A stretch of 64,000 nt of DNA, taken from the NCBI GenBank assembly GCA_040879805.1, contig JBBDJP010000001.1, positions 614 to 64,613 of the forward strand, given 5' to 3'. The position numbers and the translations under genes were made by a program. The stretch comes from Candidatus Pacearchaeota archaeon (GTDB lineage Archaea > Nanobdellota > Nanobdellia > Pacearchaeales > GW2011-AR1). Shown piece after piece: positions 16,124 through 25,393 of the stretch. Below the pieces are notes generated by a model that did not search any database, was not told the origin of the DNA, and saw only the letters and a list, made by a program, of their open reading frames with translations. Position 1 is the first letter of the stretch, and each line of letters starts with the position of its first letter.

Positions 16124-17239
16124 CTACTGTCCGCAATTACTTGCTTCCCATACGGAGTATCCTTCACTAGATGTTATATTTGCGAGATTATCTCCTACAG
16201 GAATATTTAATCCCAATTCAGAACGATTCAAATCTTCATAATAAAGTGCTGAAGATATCCCAAAACATCTTGTTTCGGAAGAACTTGTAAAGTTAATTGA
16301 ATAAGAAGTATATCCTGTAAGATTTGACTGGCTTTTTGGAAGATCTTCACTTTGGAACCTATTTGCATCTCCTGATTCAGGCCAAACAGAGAAAATTGTT
16401 CCTTCATTTACAGGATCATTCAGAGTACAATCTCCGCTTTCATCAGGAGTAAACCCTGTTTCACATGTACATTGATTGAGGTCACATCCAGCTCCTCCTG
16501 TATCTTCATCACACTCATAAACATCTTCTTCATAATATACCTGTTCCCAAGTTCCATCACAAAGTGCTACACATTCTCCAGACTCACACTTGAATCCATC
16601 ATTACACTCAGTATCATCTACACACTGATCACCTTCACCAGTTTCATTGCCTTCTTCTCCTCCTTCACCACTCTCGCCATCACCATCATCACCTATAGGG
16701 TTAGCAGAACCTGAAGAACCTAAAGTATAAGAAAATGATCTTGGACAAAGTTGTTCATTTCCATTATCATCTAAAAAATAAGGTGCAATATCAAAACGAT
16801 TAGCATTGATTACTATATTTCCTTGGGACGTATCGACAGTTTCTGTTTTAGATTCAAGGGGCTCAAGAGATCCTCCAAATTCCAAAGGTCCACTAGCAAT
16901 GTTGGATGAATTAAAGAAAAGAACTTTGGCTCCATTAATCTCCTCACCTGTAGAGCTTCTTTCTAAAGTAACTGAATAATTTCCATCCTGGCCTTCAACA
17001 GGGGAAACCCTCACAGTTTCAAAACCAATTTGGTTACAAAGAGAACTCAACTCAACTTGTTCAGCCCCGCCTTCAATCACATTACTTATCACAGCCCAGA
17101 TAATTCCTACTGCCACGAGAACTAAAAGAATTATTACCAATGTCGCCACAACGGTCGACAAACCTCTTTTGTTTTCATTTAAAATAGAATATTTCAATTT
17201 TAAATTATGTTGAAAAAACTTTAACCCCTCTTTTTTCAT
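16124..17239 (-). CDS. Archaeal type IV pilin-like protein (class III signal peptide) with an acidic Gly/Glu linker and a Cys-rich module
   Basis: 'KRGLSTVVATLVIILLVLVAVGIIWAVISN' matches the archaeal pilin/archaellin N-terminal signature. The protein also contains 'GDDGDGESGEGGEEGNETGEGD' and 'CVDDTECNDGFKCESGECVALCDG...CDLNQCTCETGF...GDC'. Confidence 0.65.
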   Translation of the reverse strand: MKKEGLKFFQHNLKLKYSILNENKRGLSTVVATLVIILLVLVAVGIIWAVISNVIEGGAEQVELSSLCNQIGFETVRVSPVEGQDGNYSVTLERSSTGEEINGAKVLFFNSSNIASGPLEFGGSLEPLESKTETVDTSQGNIVINANRFDIAPYFLDDNGNEQLCPRSFSYTLGSSGSANPIGDDGDGESGEGGEEGNETGEGDQCVDDTECNDGFKCESGECVALCDGTWEQVYYEEDVYECDEDTGGAGCDLNQCTCETGFTPDESGDCTLNDPVNEGTIFSVWPESGDANRFQSEDLPKSQSNLTGYTSYSINFTSSSETRCFGISSALYYEDLNRSELGLNIPVGDNLANITSSEGYSVWEASNCGQ

Positions 17240-17302
17240 GAAAAACTTAACACAATATACTTTAAAAAGATAACGGAAAAAATAAAAAAAGAATTCTTAA
17301 AT

Positions 17303-17641
17303 TTATTCAGATCCCTCAATAACCTGGCTTCCATCAGTACTCTGCTGCTGATTCAATTCAGGGAACCTATCAGGAAAACATTCCATCGCAACAAGATTAA
17401 TTGTCTGTGTCTGATTCTCTCCAGTCTCTAACGGAACTGGGATTGGCTGACACTGAGCTGCAAGCTGTCCTATTTGGATAATGGCAATATTAAATCCTTC
17501 TTGTTGTCTTTCAATAGCATTTCCTGTAATAGTTGGTTGTAACACAAAAACATAAACAACAATCAATGCTAAAATTACAACTGCTATAGAAAGACCAGTT
17601 ATTATCGCCTTATTTTTATCAACCATAAAACATTTAGACAA
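17303..17641 (-). CDS. Small N-terminally membrane-anchored protein (hypothetical)
   Basis: TM helix 'ITGLSIAVVILALIVVYVFVL' followed by a short ectodomain with two Cys residues. Confidence 0.45.
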   Translation of the reverse strand: MSKCFMVDKNKAIITGLSIAVVILALIVVYVFVLQPTITGNAIERQQEGFNIAIIQIGQLAAQCQPIPVPLETGENQTQTINLVAMECFPDRFPELNQQQSTDGSQVIEGSE

Positions 17642-17690
17642 AACCCCTTTAAAAACTTTTTGTCAATTGAATATAAGAATAATAAAACAA

Positions 17691-18485
17691 TCAGTTCTCA
17701 GTCGTTATCTCAATCAATGTAGTGATATCACCCCATGAAGAGCTTGTAGAGCCTTCAACTTCAACAGAGATTACATCTCCTTCATTGAAAGTAACTACTC
17801 CTTTTGACATAGAGTCATAGTCTTTTTTCACTCCAGAAGATTCAGTACTTAACCTGTTACCAAAACTAACTTCTTTTCCATTTACATAAACAATTATCTT
17901 TATCTCTCCCTGACTCGTTGAATCTATAATTTCAAGATTTGTTGAAACTGCAGTTATACTTCCTTTCCTCATCATTACATATCCTTTCTCAAGACTTGTC
18001 TCAACATCACTAGCAGTCTTAAGGAATCCTGAACTAGGCATCTCTCCAGAGAATCCAAAGTTAAGGAAATTCCTCTTATCTTGAGAAACAATCAAATCTC
18101 CTTGTTTTCTTATCTTTTCTGTTGAATATGAAACAACATAAACTTGATCTTCTTTTCCATTTTCATCATAGGATATTTCATAAATTGCAAGATTATGATC
18201 TCCAACACCCTTTATGTTTACATCCTTTGGCAAAGATTCAAAATCAACCTCTCTAACAAGTGAAACTTCTGAAGGACTAACTCCTCTTTTTTGAACAAAC
18301 CCTAAAACATAGTCTGAAACTCTTTCTGGAACTTCTTGAGTCCCTTCAAAAACATTACCTAAAACTTCTTGAGTCCCATCAGAAGAATTTTCAGAACCAT
18401 TTACCTGGGCAGAAACAACTAATCCAACAAATGCTAATATGAATAAAGAAACCAATACTCCAAAAATAAAAAATACTTTTTTCAT
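17691..18485 (-). CDS. Secreted protein with signal peptide (hypothetical)
   Basis: 'MKKVFFIFGVLVSLFILAFVGLVVSA' is a signal peptide. The remainder looks beta-rich. Confidence 0.55.
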   Translation of the reverse strand: MKKVFFIFGVLVSLFILAFVGLVVSAQVNGSENSSDGTQEVLGNVFEGTQEVPERVSDYVLGFVQKRGVSPSEVSLVREVDFESLPKDVNIKGVGDHNLAIYEISYDENGKEDQVYVVSYSTEKIRKQGDLIVSQDKRNFLNFGFSGEMPSSGFLKTASDVETSLEKGYVMMRKGSITAVSTNLEIIDSTSQGEIKIIVYVNGKEVSFGNRLSTESSGVKKDYDSMSKGVVTFNEGDVISVEVEGSTSSSWGDITTLIEITTEN

Positions 18486-18568
18486 CCTCTTTTTACCTTT
18501 AATATCAACAAGCTATTATTTTTAAATATTTCCGAAATATTTAATATATAGAAAAATCTAGAAAGGAC

Positions 18569-18850
18569 ATGGAAGACAAGATAACTAAAGAAAAACTAGA
18601 GAAATACTATAAACTAACTTCAAACGCGCTAAAAGTTGTGAAAAAATCTATGGCCAATGGGAAAGAAAATGAAGCAAAAGAAATAATTGATATGGTCTCA
18701 AACTATCTTTCTGATTCTAAATACTTTGAAGAAAAAAATGACTTCGTGAATTCCTTCGCAGCCCTGAACTACGCACACGGTTGGCTTGACTCTGGCGTGC
18801 GACTTGGGATTTTCGATGTAGATGACGACTCGCTTTTTACTGTTAAGTAA
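18569..18850 (+). CDS. Small archaeal helical protein, DUF357-like
   Basis: 'AALNYAHGWLDSGVRLG' resembles the conserved core of the archaeal DUF357 family. It lies 32 nt upstream of pyrH. Confidence 0.45.
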   Translation: MEDKITKEKLEKYYKLTSNALKVVKKSMANGKENEAKEIIDMVSNYLSDSKYFEEKNDFVNSFAALNYAHGWLDSGVRLGIFDVDDDSLFTVK

Positions 18851-18882
18851 AACTATAAAAATCCTTTTTTCTTCTCAACATA

Positions 18883-19572
18883 ATGAAAAAGAAGGTGATA
18901 GTATTAAGTCTCGGAGGAAGTTTAATAATTCCTGATAAGGTTGATGTTAATTTTCTTAGAAAATTCAAAAAAACAATTCTAAAAAATTCTAAAAAATACA
19001 AATTCATTGTAGCATGCGGAGGAGGATCAATAGCTAGAAAATATATCTCTGCTTTACGAAAAACAGGCGCGAAAGAAAAACTCCAAAGCTTCTCAGGAAT
19101 TTCGGCAACAAGAATGAATGCACGTTTTATGTCTTACTTCTTCGGGTTTGATCCTGAAAAAGGAATTCCTCACAAAATGAAAGAGATAAAAAAATATCTA
19201 AGGAAACAGGACATAGTCTTCTGTGGAGCTCTTGACTACAAACCTAAACAGACATCAGATTCTACTTCAGCACAAATTGCGAAAAAGTATAAAACAATTT
19301 TCATAAACTTAACAAACGTTCCTGGACTTTACGATAAGAATCCAAAGAAATATAAAAATGCTAAATTTATTCCTAAAATATCTTGGAAAGAATTCGACAA
19401 AATGGCTAATGCAAGCAAATACGAACCTGGACAACATTTCGTTCTAGACCAAACTGCTTCAAAAATAATCCTAAAACATAAAATTCAAACCTATATTCTC
19501 GGGCAAGATATGAAACAACTTGAGACAGTTTTGGAGGGAAAAAAGTTTAAAGGGACTTTAATTGAAGGTTAA
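18883..19572 (+). CDS. pyrH: UMP kinase (archaeal type)
   Basis: Amino-acid-kinase fold motifs 'VIVLSLGGSLI' and 'VACGGGSIARKYI', with the length typical of archaeal PyrH. Confidence 0.85.
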   Translation: MKKKVIVLSLGGSLIIPDKVDVNFLRKFKKTILKNSKKYKFIVACGGGSIARKYISALRKTGAKEKLQSFSGISATRMNARFMSYFFGFDPEKGIPHKMKEIKKYLRKQDIVFCGALDYKPKQTSDSTSAQIAKKYKTIFINLTNVPGLYDKNPKKYKNAKFIPKISWKEFDKMANASKYEPGQHFVLDQTASKIILKHKIQTYILGQDMKQLETVLEGKKFKGTLIEG

Positions 19573-19971
19573 TTATTTATTTAAATCATAAACCAATTTC
19601 TTTATTCTTCGCTCAATTTTATCTCTAACATTTCTGTATTCCTCTATGGACTTTCCTGCAGGATCTTTAAATTTCCATTCTTTGGTTTTTTCAGGCGGTG
19701 TAACAGGACAGCCCTTAGTGCACCCCATCGCATAAATAATATGTGCATCGTTTACCATACTCCAAGTAATAACTTTAGGTTGCTGATTTCCCATATCTAT
19801 CCCTTTCTCATTCATGACCTTAACTGCATATGGCTTTATCGACTTAGAAGGATGCGTTCCTGCACTCACTCCAACGTATTTTGGATTTTTGTTATAAAAA
19901 TTGAAAAAACCTTCAGCCATCTGGCTTCTCGCAGAATTCCCTGTGCAAACAAACAAAACATATCTACCCAT
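19573..19971 (-). CDS. arsC: Arsenate reductase / low-molecular-weight phosphatase family (thioredoxin-coupled ArsC type)
   Basis: P-loop 'CTGNSARSQMAEG' is present. The two downstream Cys in 'AMGCTKGCPV' are collinear with Bacillus-type ArsC Cys82/Cys89. Confidence 0.85.
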   Translation of the reverse strand: MGRYVLFVCTGNSARSQMAEGFFNFYNKNPKYVGVSAGTHPSKSIKPYAVKVMNEKGIDMGNQQPKVITWSMVNDAHIIYAMGCTKGCPVTPPEKTKEWKFKDPAGKSIEEYRNVRDKIERRIKKLVYDLNK

Positions 19972-20073
19972 AAAATAACATAAACCTCAAGACTTTAAAA
20001 TTTATCTAAAATCAAATATTTCAAGAATTGCTATTCTCATCAATTTTAAAAACATCTCTATCCTAGTTTTTTC

Positions 20074-20529
20074 ATGAAACAAATACTAATCCAAGAATCA
20101 GATTTCCAGGAAGCTAGGAAACAAATTAAAAAAAATAAGTCTAAAGAAATTATATTCTCTGGAAAAACTGATGACTTAAACAGAAAAGTCCTTGAAAAAG
20201 AAAATATAGATATTCTTCTTCTAAACTTGAAAAGTAGAAAAGACAGAATGAAACAAAGAGATTCTGGATTCAACCATATTCTCGCAAAGCTCGCTAAAAA
20301 GAAATATATAATAATTGGAATAAATCTGGATGAGATTCTTGAAGAAAAATCAAAAAAAGAGAAATCTGAAATTCTTGCTCGCATCAGACAAAATATAAAA
20401 CTCTGTAACAAAAACAAACTAAAAATGAAATTTATTTCGCCTTCAGGAAAGAGTAAAAAAGACCCTCATGATCTGAAATCTCTTGGGCTTGTTCTTGGCA
20501 TGCCAACTTGGATGGTGAAATTCAACTAA
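20074..20529 (+). CDS. rnp3: RNase P protein component 3 (Rpp30), N-terminally shortened
   Basis: 'GFNHILAKLAKKKYIIIGINL...' and C-terminal 'PHDLKSLGLVLGM' are collinear with archaeal Rpp30 ('GIDHVLAKL...', 'PRDLISLGVVIGM'). It is only 151 aa. Confidence 0.7.
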   Translation: MKQILIQESDFQEARKQIKKNKSKEIIFSGKTDDLNRKVLEKENIDILLLNLKSRKDRMKQRDSGFNHILAKLAKKKYIIIGINLDEILEEKSKKEKSEILARIRQNIKLCNKNKLKMKFISPSGKSKKDPHDLKSLGLVLGMPTWMVKFN

Positions 20530-20569
20530 AAAGCAAAACCCTTTTAACCTTTAATATATTGAATCTATT

Positions 20570-22090
20570 ATGGAAAAAAATATTGAAAAAACTCTTGAAT
20601 CTTTAAGTCCTAATGAAAAAAAAGTTCTTCCACATTTAGAAAAGAATGACCTTGTTGAAATCTGTAAAAGATCTAATTTGAATAAAGTTTCAGTCTTAAG
20701 GTCTCTTGAATATTTAAAAAATAAAAAAATTGTTGAAATTGAGGTAAATAAAAAAAAATTAGTTGAAGTTGGAGTAAATGGCGCTCTTTACAAAAAAAAA
20801 GGTCTTCCTGAAAGACGACTTTTGAATGTTCTAGGAAAAAGAAGGATATTGAAACTTCCTGACGCAAAAAAAGAATCTAATCTATCTAATGATGAATTTA
20901 AAGCATCTATAGGAGTTTTAAAAAGAAGGAATATTATTGATTTAAATAAAGGGAAAATTATTTTCAATGCAAACAAGGAAGAAATTTCAAAAAAAAGTCC
21001 AGAAGAAATTTTTCTTGAAAGGCTCCCTATAGAATATGAAAAACTTGACCCAGAACAACTAGAAATCTTAAAAAATTTAGGAAAAAGAAAGGACATAGTC
21101 CAAATAAATGAAAATAAAATTATTGATATAAAAATAACTCCTTTTGGAAAAGAGGTTATGAAATCTGAGATTGAAGGGGGAGAACTAATTGAACAAATAA
21201 CTCCTGAAATATTAAAAAAAGAATCTCTTTGGAAAGGGAAAAAGTTTAGGAGATATGATGTTACACTTCCTGTTTCCCAAATTAACGGAGGTAAAAGACA
21301 TTTCGTAAATCAAACTACAGATTATATGAGAAAAGTTTGGACAGATATGGGATTTAAAGAAATGACTGGAAAATTAGTTGTAAGTTCATTCTGGAACTTT
21401 GATGCACTCTTTACTGCCCAAGACCATTCTGTAAGAGATATGCAAGATACATTCTTTCTTGATAAAAAATCTGAACTCCCAGATAAAGATCTTTTAAAAA
21501 AAGTTAAACAAAGTCATGAATCTGGAGTAGATGGAAGTACTGGTTGGAATTATAAATGGGATGAAGAAAAAGCCAAGAAAATGGTTTTGAGAACTCACAC
21601 AACCTGTCTTTCTGCACAAACTCTAGCAAAACTAAAATTAGAGGAACTTCCAAAAAAATTCTTTGCTGTTGGAAAATGTTTTAGAAATGAAACTTTAGAT
21701 TGGAGTCATGGATTTGAATTTAATCAAACTGAGGGAATAGTTGTGGATAAAAATGCAAATTTCAAACACTTGCTGGGATATTTGAAAGCTTTCTTCCAAA
21801 AGATGGGTTTTGAAAAAATCAGATTCAGACCGGCATATTTCCCTTATACTGAACCAAGTGTTGAAGTTGATGTTTGGCATCCTGAAAAAAAAATCTGGCT
21901 TGAACTTGGAGGTGCAGGAATTTTAAGGCCTGAAGTCGTAATCCCCTTACTTGGTGAAAATATCCCTGTTCTTGCATGGGGTCCTGGAGCAGACAGAATG
22001 CTCATGGATTATTATCAAATAAAAGATCTTAGAGAACTTTACAAAAACGATATAACTCAATTAAGAAAAATGAAATTCTGGATGAAATAA
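20570..22090 (+). CDS. pheS: Phenylalanyl-tRNA synthetase alpha subunit (archaeal)
   Basis: Class II core 'LRTHTTCLSAQTL', 'GKCFRNETLDWSHGFEFNQTEG' and 'FPYTEPSVEVDV'. It has an archaeal winged-helix N-terminal extension. Confidence 0.95.
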   Translation: MEKNIEKTLESLSPNEKKVLPHLEKNDLVEICKRSNLNKVSVLRSLEYLKNKKIVEIEVNKKKLVEVGVNGALYKKKGLPERRLLNVLGKRRILKLPDAKKESNLSNDEFKASIGVLKRRNIIDLNKGKIIFNANKEEISKKSPEEIFLERLPIEYEKLDPEQLEILKNLGKRKDIVQINENKIIDIKITPFGKEVMKSEIEGGELIEQITPEILKKESLWKGKKFRRYDVTLPVSQINGGKRHFVNQTTDYMRKVWTDMGFKEMTGKLVVSSFWNFDALFTAQDHSVRDMQDTFFLDKKSELPDKDLLKKVKQSHESGVDGSTGWNYKWDEEKAKKMVLRTHTTCLSAQTLAKLKLEELPKKFFAVGKCFRNETLDWSHGFEFNQTEGIVVDKNANFKHLLGYLKAFFQKMGFEKIRFRPAYFPYTEPSVEVDVWHPEKKIWLELGGAGILRPEVVIPLLGENIPVLAWGPGADRMLMDYYQIKDLRELYKNDITQLRKMKFWMK

Positions 22091-22091
22091 G

Positions 22092-23756
22092 ATGGCAACA
22101 ATAACAATAAATCGGAAACAATTTGAGAAAGAAATTGGAAAGTTGACGGATGACATGCAAAATAAGATTGCAATGTTTGGAACTCCTGTTGAAAATCTAA
22201 ATTCTGAAGAACTCCAAATTGAAATCTTTCCTAATAGACCAGATTTGCTTTCTTATCATGGATTCAAGAGAGCTTTCACAGCATTCCTCGGGAAAAAAAC
22301 AGGTCTGAAAAAATACAAGTTATACAAACCTGAAAAAAATTATAATGTCCTTATAGACTCTTCAATTAAAGATGTTAGGCCCTACACTGTCTGTGCAATT
22401 GTTAAAGGATTAAAACTCAATGATGAAAAAATTAAGGAATTAGTTGAAATTCAAGAAAAACTTCACATCACAATTGGAAGAAAAAGGGAAAAAGTTGCGA
22501 TTGGGATCTACCCTCTTGAAAAAATAACTCTTCCTATAAATTTTAAGGCTATTGAGCCAGATAAAATAAAATTCACTCCACTGGAATCAAACAAAGAAAT
22601 GTCTGGATTTGAAATACTTGAAAAACATCCTACAGGTAAGGAATATTCTCGTCTTCTGGCAGGGAAAGCAAAATTCCCAATATTTGTAGATTCAAAAAAT
22701 GAAATTCTTAGTATGCCTCCAATTATAAACTCTAAAAAAACAGGAAAAATAGATGAAAAAACTAGAAGTGTTTTTGTTGAATGTTCTGGAACAAAATTTG
22801 ATGTGCTAAAAAAGTGTCTAAATATCCTTACAACCACTCTTGCAGAAATGGGAGGGAAAATCTACCAAATGAACCTTTATTACAAAAAAAAGAAAGTAAC
22901 CCCTGATTTAGAACCAAAAAACATAAAAATTTCATTAAAAAACACAAACAAACTTCTTGGTCTTGAATTGAAAGAAAAAGAATTGAAAAAACTTATTGAA
23001 AAAATGGGTCATGATTATGATTTAAAAAACAAAGTTGTAGAAGTTCCTGCATGGAGAACAGATATTTTGCATGAAGTTGATATTATTGAAGATGTTGCAA
23101 TCGCTTATGGTTATGAAAATCTAACTCCTGAGATACCTCCAATATCTACAATTGGAGAAGAAGATAAGAAAGAAACAATAAAGAGAAAAATTTCAGACAT
23201 ACTCTCTGGACTTGGAATGGTTGAAGTTTCAAACTATCACCTTACTACAAAAAATGACCAAATAGAAAAAATGAATCTGCCAAAGCAAGAGGAATTCATA
23301 AAAGTTGAAGCATCTAAAACTGAAAATGATGTGCTAAGAAATAATCTTTCTCACTTTATGATTAAAAATCTTTCTGAAAATATAGATTCAGAATATCCTC
23401 AAGAAATTTTTGAAATTGGAAAAATATTCTATTTAGAAGATAAAAAAATAAGAGAAAAAGAATCTTTAGCTGTAGCAATCTCTTCAGGAAATTTCACAAA
23501 GATTAAACAAACTCTAGATTACTTCTCAAGGATGATTGATGAAAAAATAATTCTTAAAAATCCTGAGAAAATAGAAAACTTCCCTCCATACTTTATTGAA
23601 GGCCGAACGGCAGAGATATATTTCTTAGATAAAAAAATAGGATTCATTGGAGAAATTCATCCAAAGATTTTAAAGAACTGGAAAACAAAAATGCCTGTTG
23701 CACTTTTTGAAATTGAACTTGATGACATCCTCGAAAAAATTATTAAATCTATTTAA
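22092..23756 (+). CDS. pheT: Phenylalanyl-tRNA synthetase beta subunit (archaeal)
   Basis: Begins 1 nt after pheS. 'EIEIFPNRPDLLSYHG' and 'WRTDILHEVDIIEDVAIAYGYEN' are B3/4 and B5 domain signatures. Confidence 0.9.
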   Translation: MATITINRKQFEKEIGKLTDDMQNKIAMFGTPVENLNSEELQIEIFPNRPDLLSYHGFKRAFTAFLGKKTGLKKYKLYKPEKNYNVLIDSSIKDVRPYTVCAIVKGLKLNDEKIKELVEIQEKLHITIGRKREKVAIGIYPLEKITLPINFKAIEPDKIKFTPLESNKEMSGFEILEKHPTGKEYSRLLAGKAKFPIFVDSKNEILSMPPIINSKKTGKIDEKTRSVFVECSGTKFDVLKKCLNILTTTLAEMGGKIYQMNLYYKKKKVTPDLEPKNIKISLKNTNKLLGLELKEKELKKLIEKMGHDYDLKNKVVEVPAWRTDILHEVDIIEDVAIAYGYENLTPEIPPISTIGEEDKKETIKRKISDILSGLGMVEVSNYHLTTKNDQIEKMNLPKQEEFIKVEASKTENDVLRNNLSHFMIKNLSENIDSEYPQEIFEIGKIFYLEDKKIREKESLAVAISSGNFTKIKQTLDYFSRMIDEKIILKNPEKIENFPPYFIEGRTAEIYFLDKKIGFIGEIHPKILKNWKTKMPVALFEIELDDILEKIIKSI

Positions 23757-23761
23757 TAATA

Positions 23762-24256
23762 TTATCCAAAATAACCTTTAGAATTATCAACTATTTTTCG
23801 GTCCCACTTTTTATCAATTTTATTCAAGATATTCTGTAAATCTTTTTTCATTTTTTGCCAAAATTTAAAAGAACTTATTATAAACTTTGCATCCTCTTTT
23901 TCTTCAAAATCTAAATCCCTCTGAATAAATTTTACTTCAACCTTAACAAGATCTTTATAAATTTCAGAAAGTCTTTTTTTGTCATCAGAATCCATAACTT
24001 TGACAATTGTAAATACAAACATTGGAACATTAACAGGATTCAATAGATTTTCAACAAACCTCATATAATTCATAATTTTCTCACCAACAAATTTCCTAAT
24101 TTCCCGTATTATTACTTCCGTCTCCACTTCAGCTATCTTTTCTATATGAAATTCGTTATTCATTTCTTCAAAAGTTGGTAAGTCATAATTTTTTTGTAAA
24201 ACTGAATAACTTTTCTTGAATTTTTCAAGTTTTGAGTTTTTATCTTTTTTATCCAT
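23762..24256 (-). CDS. Hypothetical helical protein (164 aa)
   Basis: ORF with normal composition. No family recognised. Confidence 0.45.
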   Translation of the reverse strand: MDKKDKNSKLEKFKKSYSVLQKNYDLPTFEEMNNEFHIEKIAEVETEVIIREIRKFVGEKIMNYMRFVENLLNPVNVPMFVFTIVKVMDSDDKKRLSEIYKDLVKVEVKFIQRDLDFEEKEDAKFIISSFKFWQKMKKDLQNILNKIDKKWDRKIVDNSKGYFG

Positions 24257-24294
24257 TAATCTAAAAATTTAATTTATTTTATAAAGTTATTGAA

Positions 24295-24370
24295 AGCCTG
24301 TGCTGGGAGTCGAACCCAGGACCTCGTCATTACCAATGACGCGCTCTAACCTGATCTGAGCTACACAGGC
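24295..24370 (-). tRNA. tRNA-Thr (anticodon GGU)
   Basis: The reverse complement folds as a cloverleaf. Acceptor GCCTGTG/CACAGGC, D-stem GCTC/GAGC, anticodon stem CGTCA/TGACG with loop TT-GGT-AA, T-arm CTGGG-TTCGACT-CCCAG. No intron and no encoded CCA. Confidence 0.9.
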
Positions 24371-24435
24371 ACATTTTCAAAATAAATAAGTTAATAAGAA
24401 ATAGGCAAAACCAGGATATAAAAGTTTATCGTAAA

Positions 24436-24768
24436 TTATTTTTTCTTTTTCTTCAGTTTCTTCTGTTTTACAGGTTCTCTTGATTTTCTAACAACAATCA
24501 AAACAAGGAATACTATTAGAAATGCAAATGCTATAAATCCTGTTAAAATTGAAAGAACTCCAAAGAAGTTGATAAATAACTCATTTGTAGAAAACTTTAA
24601 CAAAACAAATGAAAAGATAAATGCTATAAGGAATGTTAAAAAATTGCCCCAGGCAACATTAATTTTCTTAATAAGAGCTCCTTCACTTTTTGGTAAAATA
24701 CTAGAGGATCTTATCTTCTTAGATTTTTTAGTACTTTTTTTACGTGCCATATTCCTCTTTTTAACCAT
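24436..24768 (-). CDS. Small membrane protein with Lys-rich termini (hypothetical)
   Basis: Two hydrophobic helices flanked by K-rich tails. Confidence 0.45.
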   Translation of the reverse strand: MVKKRNMARKKSTKKSKKIRSSSILPKSEGALIKKINVAWGNFLTFLIAFIFSFVLLKFSTNELFINFFGVLSILTGFIAFAFLIVFLVLIVVRKSREPVKQKKLKKKKK

Positions 24769-24799
24769 ATTTATAGTAAGATAGAGTATTTAAATATTT

Positions 24800-25030
24800 T
24801 CACGAATTAATTTCCAAATAAGAAAAGTTATTTTCAGGGAGCCATTGAGAATTTACTACATTCCCTGCAACTTCTACACCTTGACCAAAAATATCTCCTA
24901 GCCATTCTGAATAAATATCAAAAAACACTTGTCTATCTAATGAATCCGTCATATATAAATTACCATTACTTATTACAAAAAGTGCAGATATAAAAAAGAA
25001 CTTTATTACTAAAAGGGCAATAATTTTCAT
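24800..25030 (-). CDS. Small secreted/membrane protein (hypothetical)
   Basis: N-terminal hydrophobic segment. Co-oriented with neighbouring small membrane ORFs. Confidence 0.35.
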   Translation of the reverse strand: MKIIALLVIKFFFISALFVISNGNLYMTDSLDRQVFFDIYSEWLGDIFGQGVEVAGNVVNSQWLPENNFSYLEINS

Positions 25031-25035
25031 TTTAT

Positions 25036-25365
25036 CTAATTATTAATACCTGTTTCATTTAAGACCTCTTCAGCTTTCCATTCTTGACTCAAGGCATAAG
25101 TAGTTACCTCAATTATGTTTGATCCAGCATTCACAATCCATGAAAAGTAAGTTTTTGTTGCTGAGGAAACTCCTTCAATAGTATCAGTATTTATTTTTCC
25201 ATCAGAGAAAAAAATAAGCCCAGTAACTAAAAGAAATCCAATTCCTAAAACTATGAAGAGGTATGCAAGTTTAGTTCTATAATTGTTCCACTTGAAAAAA
25301 AGGAATACTATAACAAGGATCAACAAGGTTAATATTAAAAAGTTCACCATATTAATAATAATCAA
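25036..25365 (-). CDS. Small two-TM membrane protein (hypothetical)
   Basis: Two predicted helices ('FLILTLLILVIVFLFF', 'YLFIVLGIGFLLVTGLIFF'). Confidence 0.45.
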   Translation of the reverse strand: MIIINMVNFLILTLLILVIVFLFFKWNNYRTKLAYLFIVLGIGFLLVTGLIFFSDGKINTDTIEGVSSATKTYFSWIVNAGSNIIEVTTYALSQEWKAEEVLNETGINN

Positions 25366-25393
25366 ATCCTCAGAATATAAAAACCTTTTGAAT

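Noticed and set aside
17691-18485. The C-terminal region of the secreted 264-aa protein ('IIVYVNGKEVSF...GDVISVEVEG') vaguely recalled a C1q/TNF-like jelly roll.
   Set aside because: This was only a loose impression from a beta-strand pattern. There are no diagnostic residues, so the protein is left as hypothetical.
20058-20417. A 119-aa minus-strand ORF overlapping the Rpp30 gene.
   Set aside because: The plus-strand product aligns to Rpp30 landmarks. The minus-strand product is Phe/Ser/Ile-rich low complexity with no signal.
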